Origin: Octopus vulgaris
Lineage: Eukaryota
DNA: 64,000 nucleotides
Assembly: GCA_951406725.2 (NCBI GenBank)
Contig: OX597815.1
Location: 19,716,001-19,780,000 of the forward strand
Direction: 5' to 3'
The notes under the pieces were generated by a model that made no database searches, had not been told where the DNA came from, and saw nothing but the letters and a program-made list of their open reading frames with translations. This document shows, piece by piece, positions 1 through 12,754 of the stretch. The position numbers were made by a program, and so were the translations under genes. Within the stretch, counting starts at the first letter, position 1. Each line of letters begins with the position of its first letter.

Positions 1-59
1 CTGATAAGGGTAATAATATCAGTTAGTTGATATAAGTATTCTATAGAGATCCAATATCA

Positions 60-460
60 CATTATTTTATGATTTCCAAATAAAGCTTAAAGTAGTATAG
101 GGTATAGCAATGTTTTTTCAATAGTTTTTGTTATAACATTCGAGGGAGAAAGGATTATTTTAAATGGTTTGTTCGAGCCCTAAGAATAGGCATAATATGG
201 AGGATGGATGAAGCAAAGTAGTGATAAGAAGGAAAGGAGTAATCAGAAAGTGTCTTTGAAGACGTGAACCGTTACTAGTCAATTTGCAGAGCAGGCTATA
301 CATAATAGCAGAAAGACCGAGTGTGGAGGTAGCAAATTGCTGCGCAACTCATTCTTGTGGCCTTTTTAGTAATATAGGATATTGTATGTGTAGCACCAGT
401 ACCGTCTCAGTTGGAGTAGCATTCCTTTGCTTCTCTCACTTGTAGTAGAAGAGTAGTAGT
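60..460 (-). mobile_element. Highly decayed 3' end of a CR1/L2-group LINE ORF2
   Basis: Minus-strand translation across stops gives LQLRR...YY*KGHKNELRSNLLPP and RARTNHLK*SFLPRM, resembling the C-terminal RR..YY.G..EL..L.PP / RT...SF.PR motifs of these LINEs. Confidence 0.3.
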
Positions 461-689
461 TGTGGGAGGAAGTAATTTTTCTTCTCGAAGTGAAAGGTAA
501 TTTTTTGGGTACAACTTTTTTTCCTGTTAGCGATAAGCTTTCACCAGGAGAGATCACCAGTGATAGTAAAGCGTAGTATCTATAATGGTGGATGACCGGA
601 AGAAGAGTGGTTAAACATTGCTGAAGGGAAAACAATAGAAAAGCAAGCCGGGTAGAATCCAAAGAGAGACATTCAACTTAGTCATTGAG

Positions 690-885
690 AGAAATAACTG
701 CCACATCTCTTGCACCCTATTGAATTACAAAATAAAGAACACAATGAATAATGTGTTCCAGCCTAACTTATGTCTAAATAAAAGGCGGCATGGTCGCGGG
801 TAAAACCTTTTGATTATAGCTTGCACAACTATGGATCACTGATCCGAATATAAACAAAATAATATTACGAACAACAACAACAATG
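690..885 (+). mobile_element. Old SINE-like repeat with (CAA)n tail (family D)
   Basis: Loosely similar to 22345-22562 (ATGGTC..GG..., TTTGAT.ATAG, (CAA)n end); related inverted copies near 24130-24340 and 57170-57330. Confidence 0.3.
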
Positions 886-1029
886 ACAGTACGCAATCAG
901 GTTATTAATAAGATCTAAATACTAAATTTGAAACTACCTTAAATATATGTCATCAATTGACGGAAAATTTTCGAATATAATGCTGTTGAATCTTGTTTTT
1001 TAAAAACACGTATTCCTATGCATGTGAAC

Positions 1030-1170
1030 ATATGTGGTCAATGGCTGGGCTGTAGAAAACACACCGTGCGATCGTGGATCCGATTTCCCGAGTGGTCGTA
1101 CGATGTTTCCTTGGGGAAAGTACATTATTTTATGTTGCTTCGTCCTCTGAACTGAACATAAATTGTGTTT
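1030..1170 (+). mobile_element. Degenerate tRNA-derived SINE
   Basis: Decayed box B-like GGATCCGATTTCC followed by TGTTTCCTTGGGGAAAG-type core. Confidence 0.3.
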
Positions 1171-2260
1171 GCTTCAAAGTGGGATCTCACAGCCCTACGC
1201 TTTGCAAATAAAACATCTCAATGACCATGAAGTGTTTAATTTGGAAAATATAGAAAAATGTTTAATTTTAAACATATATTTTATACAAAATGTTGTATGT
1301 TATTTATTAAAAGTTTTCATTAGTAATAAAAGTAAGCTGATGCATTATTACATTTTCATTTCTCACTATATCTCTATATCTCACTATATCTTATTGGGTA
1401 TATTCTCTTTACCCAATAATTCTATATTTTTTAAAATATATTTATTATTTGTCCACAGCCAAGTTAATCTTATAATCAATGTTTTACTCACTTTATAAAT
1501 CTTAATATATAAAGTGAATGTTTGTTTGTCCCAAGTTGTAAGTCACAGGGTTTTCACCCAGATAGCTAGAAATTTATATAGGGCTACGTCCTTTCGAGGA
1601 GATAGTCATAAGCTTGTGACATTTTCTGATATTTTCTATAAACTCAGGAAATGTAAAGTATTATTGCTCGTATCTACAACAACAGTTTTTATACGTTACA
1701 TTTGGAGAATGAACAATATAGTTCCTCACAATCTCCGCAAACATATAACTTCTTTTAACTTGTAATTACTTGAAATAACTTATATAACTACTCGTTCTAT
1801 TACTTGGTATCGCTTATGATTACGTGTTTGTGGGGTTGGAAATGAAAGAAATAATTCAGTAACTAGCATCGCCATTGGAGATAAAAAAAACAAAAGAATT
1901 ACTTGCTTGTATGTTTGATTTTTGAAGCGAATTAACTCACCAGAAAATTATTCAGTAAGCTAATATAATTGTTTATCTTTTCATACATTTTCTGTCACAC
2001 AACGTCATTCTAATTTATATGTGAAAAAAATACTATTCTACAATTGTTTCGTAAGTTTAATGAGACAGATGATAGCTATAAATGTTTGACTATACGATTG
2101 AAAAACATTCAGGTTTCATCATTTCAACGATGGCTGTTTCGGTCCTAAGTGATAACTGTACATTTCTGTCTCTTTCTCTTACCCTTTCTCTCCCTTTCTA
2201 TCTCATTGTACATCAACAGAATCTCGTTGAATGCTTACCGTATAAATAATAAATACTCTG

Positions 2261-2575
2261 CTAGGAAGTACGCATTCTCAACAAGATAGCGTGTTTGGCC
2301 AATTTACTAGACGGGAGAAGATGAACAAGAGTCTGTACCTCACGGCTATTCATGGTCGATTGTTTGCAACAGTGAGCCAAACGGTTAGATTCAGAAGCTA
2401 TTCTGTCGAACAGATCGTTGACAAAACTGTTTGCGATAGACATAGCTATGGTGAAAATACCTGAGGGGCACCATGTCCATCCGCCATTGGTATTTCCAAC
2501 AGAAAAGAACCTTTATAGTTGCTTGACATGCAAGAAATAACAACCAATGTTTCTTTTTTTTTCTTTTGGAGAGGT
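2261..2575 (-). pseudogene. H2B: Decayed histone H2B pseudogene
   Basis: [49 protein letters not shown]...LAKHA aligns to H2B [56 protein letters not shown]; the basic KRKKKK...KVL part is in another frame and the C-terminus is lost. Confidence 0.75.
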
Positions 2576-2702
2576 ACAAACAGTTTTAAAATCTACAACA
2601 TAGCGTCAGAATAATGGCCTCAACGCTGAGGCTAAAAGAAGCAACACCCACACATGTACGTTTCTGTGTCTGTGTTACATGTATTTATGTATGCATATAT
2701 AT

Positions 2703-2744
<42 letters not shown>

Positions 2745-3614
2745 GTATATGTATATCTATATGTATGTATATAAAGAGAGAGAGAGAGAGACATACATAC
2801 GTATAAACATATGTATGCGTGTACGAGTGTTTATACACAAGAACGTATGTATATGTACATATATACATATATGTAAATAATTATATTTATATATTTAAAT
2901 AGATACATATATACATCTATAGGTATATGTACACATACACACGTTCATATATATATAACTACATAAATACATGCACACATGTGTTCATGCACACGTTCGT
3001 ACGTACATACCTCCGAAAATAAAATATACATACAAATAGACACGCAAATATATCTACATACTTTTCTGTATACAAATATACACGCATTTAATACAAAACA
3101 CATCTATTGAAGTTTTCAATAAGATACTCAATATCCTTTCTCTATAATTTTATTTCAATGTTCTTTATCTTTACACAATTTAGGATAAAACACTCTTCAT
3201 CGCATTCTAACATGAATTACACTTGATTATGCTTTTCAGTACATTGTGCTTTTCAGTACGTTATGTCTTTCAGTTTATAATGGATATACAAGTGCATCTT
3301 TATGTTTACGCTTATTCATTGAAAATTTATTTGACATAGTAAAAACACACAACAATAAGCGAATGAACGATTGCGTTCGTTAACCACAGGTGCACTGATA
3401 TATATATATATATATATGTATAGACACACATATAAAATTGACTGCTTTTATATGTTTTAAAGCTATTTGTTTTTGCTATAATTACGGCGATGAAAGTAAT
3501 GTCACAAATATATTTGATGTAGAGAATTGGATTCCAAGACGATGTCTTCAAGAATGATTGCTTTCAGTGTATTCGATGCTATCCTTAGAGGTTTGATTGC
3601 GTTACAAATGATGT

Positions 3615-3657
<43 letters not shown>

Positions 3658-4185
3658 CATTATTATAGTTGTTGTTGTTGTTGTTGATGTTATTGTTGGT
3701 TTTGTTGTTGTTACCGTTATTGTTGCTGTAGTCAATGTCACATTGTTCTTGTTCGTGTTCTTCTTACTAATCTTCATTTCAGTAATTTTATTGATTTTTC
3801 GAGGAATAATATTCGTATTTGAAAAATTAGAAATGAAATTTTGGTTTTAAAAAAATTACACAGAAATAAAACAACAGTTGAAAACGACCATAAATAGCTG
3901 TAAATTTATTGGATTTTTAATATATAAAGTTAAGTAGTAATTTGTAAACGTGAAATAAAGGAAGGAGGAGCTATATAGACGGTGTATATAACATGTAAGG
4001 TAAATATCTGTAAATATCTGTGAATAAAGATATCTTCTTAGTATGTGTTCGTGAGTACGTGTGTGTCTGTGAGTGCGTGTGTGTATGTTAGTGTGTTATA
4101 TGTATATGCACGTATGTATACACAAGTGTATGTATATATCATTTAGATATATGTCATTTAATGTGCATACTTTACAAAAGAACTA

Positions 4186-4315
4186 ATGATAATTTCATAC
4201 TTTATAGATAAAATAATTTAGCGGATTTATATAATATACCTTGTATCTCTATGATAATTTCATACTTTATAGATAAAATAATTTAGCGGACTTATATAAT
4301 ATACCTTTTATCTCT
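4186..4315. repeat. 65-bp tandem duplication (2 copies)
   Basis: ATGATAATTTCATACTTTATAGATAAAATAATTTAGCGGA... starts at 4186 and 4251 with few mismatches. Confidence 0.9.
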
Positions 4316-4952
4316 AAGCAATCTTTCAACATCAGTGCATATTTTTAGAACGTATCTAAAACCATGACGCTGGTCTATGTAAACGGATGAGAAAAAATGA
4401 GAAAAAATACGCGATGAGGGTTGATGCAAAAAGCGGAACAAGTAGAAAGAAAAGAAAAGTAAAAAAAAAACGAAGACTTTCGTCCTGTTTGTCTGTTGAA
4501 GTTATAATTAATCTAGCTGCTGTATAATAATTTAACGGGGAGGAAGCCAGAATCTGTGAGATAGCTACTCAATCCGGAGCGAGTGGTGTTCTCCAGTTCG
4601 ACGAAAGAAACTTGACCTTGTGCTTACATTTTCTAAAACATTCGGATCTGGAATTAAGAAGTGTTTTGGAAATCTGCCAAATTACTGTATCTCTAAAACA
4701 TGAAACTATAAGTAGTTTTTTTGTAAATTGTGTATATTAAGATGGCATTTATCTATCAATGGATAGAGTACTATATACATGCATATGTATACATATATAT
4801 ATATATATATATGGTTTATTATATTGAAATATATATAATATACATGTATACATATATATGAATAGAGTTCTATATTTAAAAGATGAGGAATTATGTACAT
4901 TATTTACATTATGTACATTTGATTGATATTTGTCCTCATCTTGTTTGTTGTT

Positions 4953-4998
4953 AACACAACGTTTTGGCTGATATACCCTCCAGCCTTCATCATGTGTC
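4953..4998 (-). ncRNA. Minimal type I hammerhead ribozyme, mutated (C3A, G12A)
   Basis: GACAC AUGAUGA A GGCUG-10nt-CAGCC AAAA CG UU GUGUU. Confidence 0.6.
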
Positions 4999-5045
4999 TT
5001 GGGGAAATTTCGAACCTGGGTTCTCATTTCTAAGGTATTTTTCGA

Positions 5046-5108
<63 letters not shown>

Positions 5109-5230
5109 CATCATCATCATTATTATTCAGGTCACTCTTGGAATCGAACTCGGAATCTTGGGCATATGTCGTAGTGGTTAAATGCGCGGGCTACTAACCT
5201 CAAGATTCCGAGTTCGATTTCAAGCAGTAA

Positions 5231-5325
<95 letters not shown>

Positions 5326-5372
5326 TCGAAAAATACATTAGCAATGAGAAGCCAGGTTCGAAATTTCTCCAA

Positions 5373-5418
5373 GACACCCGATGAAGGTTGGAGGGTATGT
5401 CAGCCGAAGCGTTGTGTT
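5373..5418 (+). ncRNA. Minimal type I hammerhead ribozyme, mutated (U4C, A15.1G)
   Basis: GACAC CCGAUGA A GGUUG-10nt-CAGCC GAAG CG UU GUGUU. Confidence 0.6.
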
Positions 5419-6019
5419 AACAACAAACAAGATGAGGACAAATATCCGTCGAATGTAAATAATGTAAATAATGTATATATATGAATATCATTGTGAGTTT
5501 CGGATACCATGTGTATATATAGAAGGCGGTGAATTGATCGAATCGTTAGGATATTAGATACAATGAGTTCAAATCCCACCGAGATATATTTTGCATCTTA
5601 GCCTTCCTTCCTTGATGCAAACATGGAAAACCTATATACTACTCTCTGACTCCCACTCACACCATCTCTCTCTCATTCTCTCTTTCTCTCTCTCTCTCTT
5701 TCTCTCTCCATCTCTCTTCATTTCCGCTCTCTTCTCTATAATATATATATATATATATATATTTCCCTACGTGTGTACCTCTCCCTTCCTTTTCCTATGT
5801 GTGTGCCTCTGCTTCTCTCACTACCTTTCTCTCGGAATCTGTTAAGTTACCCTTTAAAACGGTTGTCTCCCTTTCTCCAGAAACGAAGACGAATTTACCG
5901 AGCAGTTTTCTTAGCCACTTCTTAGAGATTAACGATATTTTACTGAAACTGTCTAAGGATCGAATGGCTGCACAGTACGGAAATAATATGTGTCGTGTAT
6001 GTGTGCATGCATGCGTTTG

Positions 6020-6084
<65 letters not shown>

Positions 6085-6257
6085 CAAACATCTACATGTA
6101 TGTGAACAAAAAGAGACAGACACATGTATAGACAAGCAGGCAGATCGACAGACAGGCACATGGAGTGTGTGCGTATGTGTGTGTGTGTGTGTGTGTGTGT
6201 ACTGCGTATGTGTGTGTGTGTGTGTGTGTGCCAATGTGTGTGTGTGTGTGTGACTGC

Positions 6258-6295
<38 letters not shown>

Positions 6296-6922
6296 ATGCG
6301 TATGTGTTTGTGAGAATCGTCGCATGGCATCTATTAGCGTTAGCTCGTGTATGGGTAATTTGAGTGAAGTTTCAGGTATACTCTAAAGTATGTGTCAAAA
6401 TGTAGAAGACAAAATGTTGCTGATTGCAGGCTTGTTAACGATCGTATGTACTTCCGTTTCAAATGTACACCTCACTACACCGTCGCCATCTTCTGCACCA
6501 TTTCTGGTCTGCTGTTAACTTCACCTTGTAACATCCTAAGCGACTTTTCTTTCACCGTACTTCGATTGTTTTCTTTAATCTTTTTTTTTTACCTTTTTCC
6601 GTTTTTATTTTTATTTATTTTATATTTTTTTGTGATTTTGGTGTCAGCTGATATTATATCTCTCGACTGCCACCTTCATGTTGATTTTTTTTTCTCCTAC
6701 CTTACCTTTACCCTCTCCCTATCCCCCCTTCTATCTCTCTTTCTTTCTCTCTCACTCAATCTGCCCCCCTCTCTCGCTCTCTATCTCTCTCTCTATTTCT
6801 CTTGCTATTGAAACCTTTCTCTCTTTCTCACTAGCATATTATGTTTCTTTTTTATTTTTCGTTCTTTATACATGCATGTATGTCTATGTATAAGCATGTC
6901 TGTATGTGTGTATATATATATA

Positions 6923-6973
<51 letters not shown>

Positions 6974-6999
6974 TAGAGAACCAAAAAGCAACCTAAGTT

Positions 7000-7042
<43 letters not shown>

Positions 7043-7420
7043 GCTGCTTTCTGTTTCACTCTATCACCGGCTCTCTTCCCCCTCTCTCTTTCTATATATC
7101 TGTCTCTCTCGCTTCTCCCACTCCTCTTTCTCATATTCCATCTCACTTATCTTCGTCAGTTTGTCTCTTTCTCTCCCTTCTCTCTCTTTCTCACTCTCTT
7201 TCGCACCTCTTTCTATCTTTCCATAACTTTATCTCTCCTTCGACATTCACCTCCCATTCATTCCCAAATTTTGTTATATTAATTTAAGATTCTTTTGTTT
7301 TTTTTCTTTCTTATATATATATCGACTCTTCTCTTTTCTCCCTCAACTCCATATCCAGTTGCAGTCTTTCACCTCTCTCATATTACAAATTTAACCCGGC
7401 TTCCCCTCATTCCCTTTCTA

Positions 7421-7517
7421 TCTCACCTCCTCTTTAACTCTCTCACCTTTTCTTTAACTCTCTCACCTTTACTTTAACTCTCTCACCTTCTCTATCTCCC
7501 CCACTCTTTAACTCTCT
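7421..7517. repeat. Pyrimidine-rich minisatellite, ~20-bp unit
   Basis: CTTTAACTCTCTCACCT repeated about 4 times. Confidence 0.7.
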
Positions 7518-7555
7518 CCTGATCACCTCACCCATCTCTCTGTCTTCCTCTGCAC

Positions 7556-7588
<33 letters not shown>

Positions 7589-7650
7589 GCCATGTATTTG
7601 ACTATCATTCTGTTTCTCCTGGTTCCTCAGTCTCTTTCTCCACCCTCTGT

Positions 7651-7695
<45 letters not shown>

Positions 7696-8240
7696 CTCTC
7701 TGTCTCTCTGTTATACCGGAAGTCTTAGTATTGCCTCGTTTTGAATTTCTTATACGTTTTCTTCATTTATTTTTCATTTATTTTATTTGGAGAAGTTCAT
7801 ACCTTTTCATCAATATTTCTCTTTTCCTTCTCCTTTTTCTCACTTTCTCCTTTTCTCCTTTCTCCCTTCTTATAGCCTTCCATTTCTTCCAGTTATTATA
7901 CTACACCCACTCTCCTACTTTTACTACTTTTCCTTCTCCTCCACTTCATATCGCTTTCCTTTTTCTCCTTATCCTTCTTCTGCAGTCATTTCTTCTACTC
8001 TTTCTTCGTTTGTTTTTTTTTTTTATCAAGGTGGTCTCCCCTTTCCTCTTCTTCTTTACTGAAGTTTTGCCACATCCCACTTTCTAAACATCTCATTCGT
8101 TTTTGTTTGTTTCTTTCAGCTTCAGTAAATTTTAATTTACGTTTGTCTGAAACAAGTAAAAGATTAAAGAGTAAAAGAGAGTAACTTTTAAATCTCACAA
8201 TCTCGATTTCTCAATATATTTGTTTGACTCTCTCTCCGCC

Positions 8241-8271
<31 letters not shown>

Positions 8272-8331
8272 ATCTATCAATCTATCTATCTATCTATCTC
8301 TTCTTACTTTCTCCACCTCGATAGATTTATT

Positions 8332-8381
<50 letters not shown>

Positions 8382-8483
8382 TATACACACATACACATAC
8401 ACATATATGTACATATACGTGTATATATATATATGCACATATATGTGTTTGTATATGTATATATACGTATATATATATGTATA

Positions 8484-8516
<33 letters not shown>

Positions 8517-8536
8517 CACATATACAAACACATATA

Positions 8537-8577
<41 letters not shown>

Positions 8578-8687
8578 CAGACAAACAGAGAAGGAGAGGG
8601 AGAGAGTATAGTATACAGTTCCACGAAAGTATGGTCAACAAAAAAGGTACTCCGTCTGGTGAAATATATGGTTTCATGTACTCGAGC

Positions 8688-8735
<48 letters not shown>

Positions 8736-9242
8736 ATATATATACGTTTGGCGTTCTCTCTGCCCCTATCTCTATATCTCCTTTCTAACTTCATTTTTTT
8801 CTCATTTTGTCATTATGGAACGTCGCAGCTGCTACTATGCCGCACTGTAGAACATAAGAACATCAACCGGACTTAAGTTTAAGGTTACAATATATCAAAT
8901 TGAAACGATAGAATTTTTTACATGTATATATATATATATATACACACGAACACACCAGTATATGCATATATATGTGTGTGTGTATATATGTATGTATATA
9001 TGCATACATGGGTGTGTGTGTGTGTATGCATGTTCATGAGTGAGTGGATTAGAGAGGTAACCAAAAGGGGTGGGTACTAATAAGTTTGTCGTCTTAAGAA
9101 ACACACGCCCACCGTTAACGCTTACAAAATTTGCTGTATCAATCTGTGTGTCTGTGTGTCTGTGTGCCTGCGTATGCACGCGCGTGCTCTTATGCGTATA
9201 TATACTGAAATGCATGAACACACAGAAGCACATGCATACATA

Positions 9243-9308
<66 letters not shown>

Positions 9309-9375
9309 TTACTGGAGAAAAGAAACGAAACGACGCGATGGTGCTCAGTCATATATACATACATACATACATACA

Positions 9376-9411
<36 letters not shown>

Positions 9412-9413
9412 TG

Positions 9414-9475
<62 letters not shown>

Positions 9476-10062
9476 TAACATACATACATGCATGTATTTA
9501 TACATCTGCACGAGCAAAAGTAATATTATGCCAAGCATGACTGAATGCCACTGAGAACACATATTCTAAAATTCAAGCACAGTAAAATAATTTACAAACT
9601 ATATACGGGTGGAATAAGAGACTACAGGAAGATCCATGTTTTAGTGAAACGGTTAGATGTACTATAACTTTGGGATTTCCTGCGAAAGACACATATTGTC
9701 ACAGACTACATACACACACATACACAGATTCACACACACACATACATACACACACACATACACACTCACACAGATACATATGTAACAGGATGGGCTAATC
9801 TGTGTTCCACCTTCATGTTCAGATTGACAAGTAACACTATATTTTGTTTTATTTTCTCAGGTATTACTTCATGCCTTAAATACTAATAGCATGAGAGTGA
9901 CTTCCCTTCTTTCAGAAATCTTTTAACATTTCCTTACATAAATGAAAATAAATTGATTCAACAAGCTGGGGTTTTTTTGTTCACCCTAATGTAGTACGAT
10001 TTCACAAACCCACAAGAGACATTTTACCTTCCTACTTTTTATTTTTTAATAATTCTACATAT

Positions 10063-10480
10063 AGGCGCAGGAGTGGCTGTGTGGTAAGTAACTTGCTAAC
10101 CAACTACATGGTTCCGGGTTCAGTCCCACTGCGTGGCACCTTGGGTATGTGTCTTCTACTATAGCCCCGGGCCGACCAATGCCTTGTGAGTGGATTTGGT
10201 AGACGGAAACTGAAAGAAGCCTGTCGTATATATGTATATATATATATATAAGTGTGTGTGTATATGTTTGTGTGTCTGTGTTTGTCCCCCTAGCATTGCT
10301 TGACAACCGATGCTGGTGTGTTTACGTCCCCGTCACTTAGCGGTTCGGCAAAAGAGACCGATAGAATAAGTACTGGGCTTACAAAGAATAAGTCCCGGGG
10401 TTGATTTGCTCGACTAAAGGCGGTGCTCCAGCATGGCCGCAGTCAAATGACTGAAACAAGTAAAAGAGTAAAAGAGTAAA
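10063..10480 (+). mobile_element. tRNA-derived SINE family A (internal TA/TG microsatellite, AAAAGAGT tail), full length
   Basis: Box A TGGCTGTGTGG, box B GGTTCAGTCCC; near-identical copies at 43602-44007 and 56737-57153. Confidence 0.9.
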
Positions 10481-10769
10481 TAGATCTAAAACAAAGGATT
10501 TCTTAATTGTTTTTCTTTAAGCACATTGTATGAAGGCTGGCTAAACAATGAACGGTTTTGAATGTGAAGTTTTACCTCACATTATCGTAACGGATATATT
10601 ATGCCAAAACTAATTGTAATATAAAGACGGAATATCAAGCTACAAATAGAAATATATCTTCAAAATCTGCACTGAGATTTCTTTAACTTTATATCTCTTT
10701 AATTCCAGTATTTAATTGGGTGTGTGTGTGTGTGTGCAACAAAAATTTGCGTATTCATTCTTAAAACGG

Positions 10770-11020
10770 TTCAGACAGGTTCAGTTACAAAATGTGCTGG
10801 TCGCTGTAGGTCAAAAGAGAAAAACTTTTCCCTTTTACGACAACAATGTGTTTCACAGACTCGGCTCATTCGCTAAGGGCATACTGAGAAACTGATGTTT
10901 CGACCTACATTGTCTCGTCAGCCAGAACGTCCGGCTACACACTGTCGTCGTACAAAGAAGTTATTCTCATAATGCGTGTACTACAACGACCAGCATATTT
11001 TGCATCTGAACCTGCCTAGG
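10770..11020. mobile_element. Decayed palindromic element with a central hammerhead motif (family H2)
   Basis: 10770-10860 and 10929-11020 are imperfect inverted repeats (CTACAGCGACCAGCACATTTTG vs CTACAACGACCAGCATATTTTG). Confidence 0.6.
10884..10925 (-). ncRNA. Hammerhead-like motif
   Basis: CUGG CUGACGA GAC-AAUGUAG-GUC GAAA CAUCAGUU UC UCAG; core and stem II intact, stem III imperfect. Confidence 0.5.
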
Positions 11021-11631
11021 CTTACCTCATATGCGAACCTGTTAGCACCATAAACGGTGTGACATTTATGTGCACATATTTGAACGATGTATAATAGCAA
11101 AACATGTATAATAGTTAAACATCGACAACGAACCTGCCATTTGTACCGAGTTGATAGAGCCTTATTAGTCCCGATGTCATAAATATGTGTGTGGTGTTTT
11201 TGTCTATGTACATGTATATGATGGACTCTCCAGTCGCTTTCGATTAATGACACTTTATTTGTCGGTCAAAAGGCCTATGTCGAATGTGCCATCTGAGTCA
11301 CACCAACGATTTGCAAAGAGGCCCGTAGATATTGAAAAAAATGAGAATTATAGGTCACTGCAAGCGGTAAATATGCTGCCACTTTTTTCCTTGACCCCTA
11401 AACTTGTTAATGGTGGTTGAAACAAAGTCTCTTAAACCCTTATACCATTTTGATACGATTTTCTCCATGTAGTTCACTCCTCGGCTGTTTACTCAAAACT
11501 ATTGTGGGGTATATTGGCTGGTGGGAGGTTTATATATGTGTATGTGTGTGTGTGTATAAGAAATTAAAGAAGGAAAATGCACACACTTTATATGGTTTTA
11601 ATATAATTTTCAATATATTTTATATTGTGTT

Positions 11632-11664
11632 TGTCGACCGGTTTCGCTTTCGCTAACCATGACA
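11632..11664 (-). ncRNA. Minimal hammerhead-like motif with an A3-U8 core variant
   Basis: UGUC AUGGUUA GC-GAAA-GC GAAA CCGG UC GACA: stem I UGUC/GACA, palindromic stem III ACCGGU, GUC site; A6 is G in this copy. Confidence 0.5.
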
Positions 11665-11892
11665 TTAAAATTTATTTGAATACGTATTTTCTTGAAAAAA
11701 CTGTTTATCCATGTAGTGCGTGGAATTTATGAATGAATGATTCAACAAGTAGAAAAATCCAAGGGGAGGTAATTGGTTGTCGTTATTATTGGGGACAGGG
11801 GAAATAATTATTCATCTTTCGGTGGGGAGCATATATATATATACAAAAATTCAAAAACTAGAATAGTAGGGAGAAATATGTACAGTGATGGG

Positions 11893-11928
<36 letters not shown>

Positions 11929-12380
11929 CGTATGTATATGTATGTATGTATGTATATGTATGTATGTAGGTATGTATGTATGTATGTATATATACATATA
12001 TACAGAGAGAGAGAGAGATTATTTCATCTAAAACATGAAGTGTAACGAAAGGGACTTGAATTCTAAATTAAATCTCATATTTAACTATATCATTAGTGTC
12101 ACTAATAATACTTGAAGAGCAAAATACTAAATCTAAAATGACACCGCTTCTCGCTTCCTTGCCTGAAAAATTAAGACAGTTAAAGTATTTATAAATAGTG
12201 TTTGTCCTCTTTTGACTTCTATTAATCATGCTTTGATGTCAATGGAACTTTTCTATAACTCATTTTGCTCATATGTGTATGTATTTATGTATACACAGGC
12301 ACCCATATGCTCTCACATATATATGCAGTGTGTGTGTGCATATATTTTATTCTCATACTCACTCTTTATTTTCTCGTTTT

Positions 12381-12418
12381 CCTTTCTGTTCAAGAGCGTA
12401 GGCTCGAAACGTAAAAGG
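12381..12418 (+). ncRNA. Minimal hammerhead-like motif, core mutated
   Basis: CCUUU CUGUUCA A GAGC-GUAG-GCUC GAAA CG UA AAAGG: perfect stems I and II, GUA site; A6U and G8C. Confidence 0.55.
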
Positions 12419-12564
12419 CTTTCTCACCTTCCCGAGCGTTAAACTAATACACATGTTTGTTGTTTATACACGTCTTCGTTTTTTATAAATTCCAACTATA
12501 TATATATGTGTGTGTGTGGGTGTGTGCGCGCGCGTGTGTGTGGGTGTGTGCGCGCGCGTGTATA

Positions 12565-12633
<69 letters not shown>

Positions 12634-12714
12634 ATGTGTGTGTATATTTATATATATCTTATATAGATTTTATCCTTGATTGTAAGTGTATATATATATA
12701 TATATATATATAGT

Positions 12715-12754
<40 letters not shown>

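Larger units (their letters stand above)
4867..5475. mobile_element. Palindromic pair of tRNA-headed, hammerhead-bearing SINE-like elements (family H1)
   Basis: Right arm (+, ~5160-5475): box A TGTCGTAGTGG, box B AGTTCGATTTC, (AAT)n, body, HHR, (AATGTAAAT)n tail. Left arm (-, 4867-5160): 5'-truncated inverted copy. Same family at 32011-32499. Confidence 0.85.

Noticed and set aside
1498-1620. Helitron-like 5' end (ATCTTAATATATAAAG..TGTTTGTTTGTC)
   Set aside because: No matching 3' hairpin and CTAG end found
5160-5232. tRNA gene (also 32170-32243)
   Set aside because: No acceptor stem pairing; it is a SINE head
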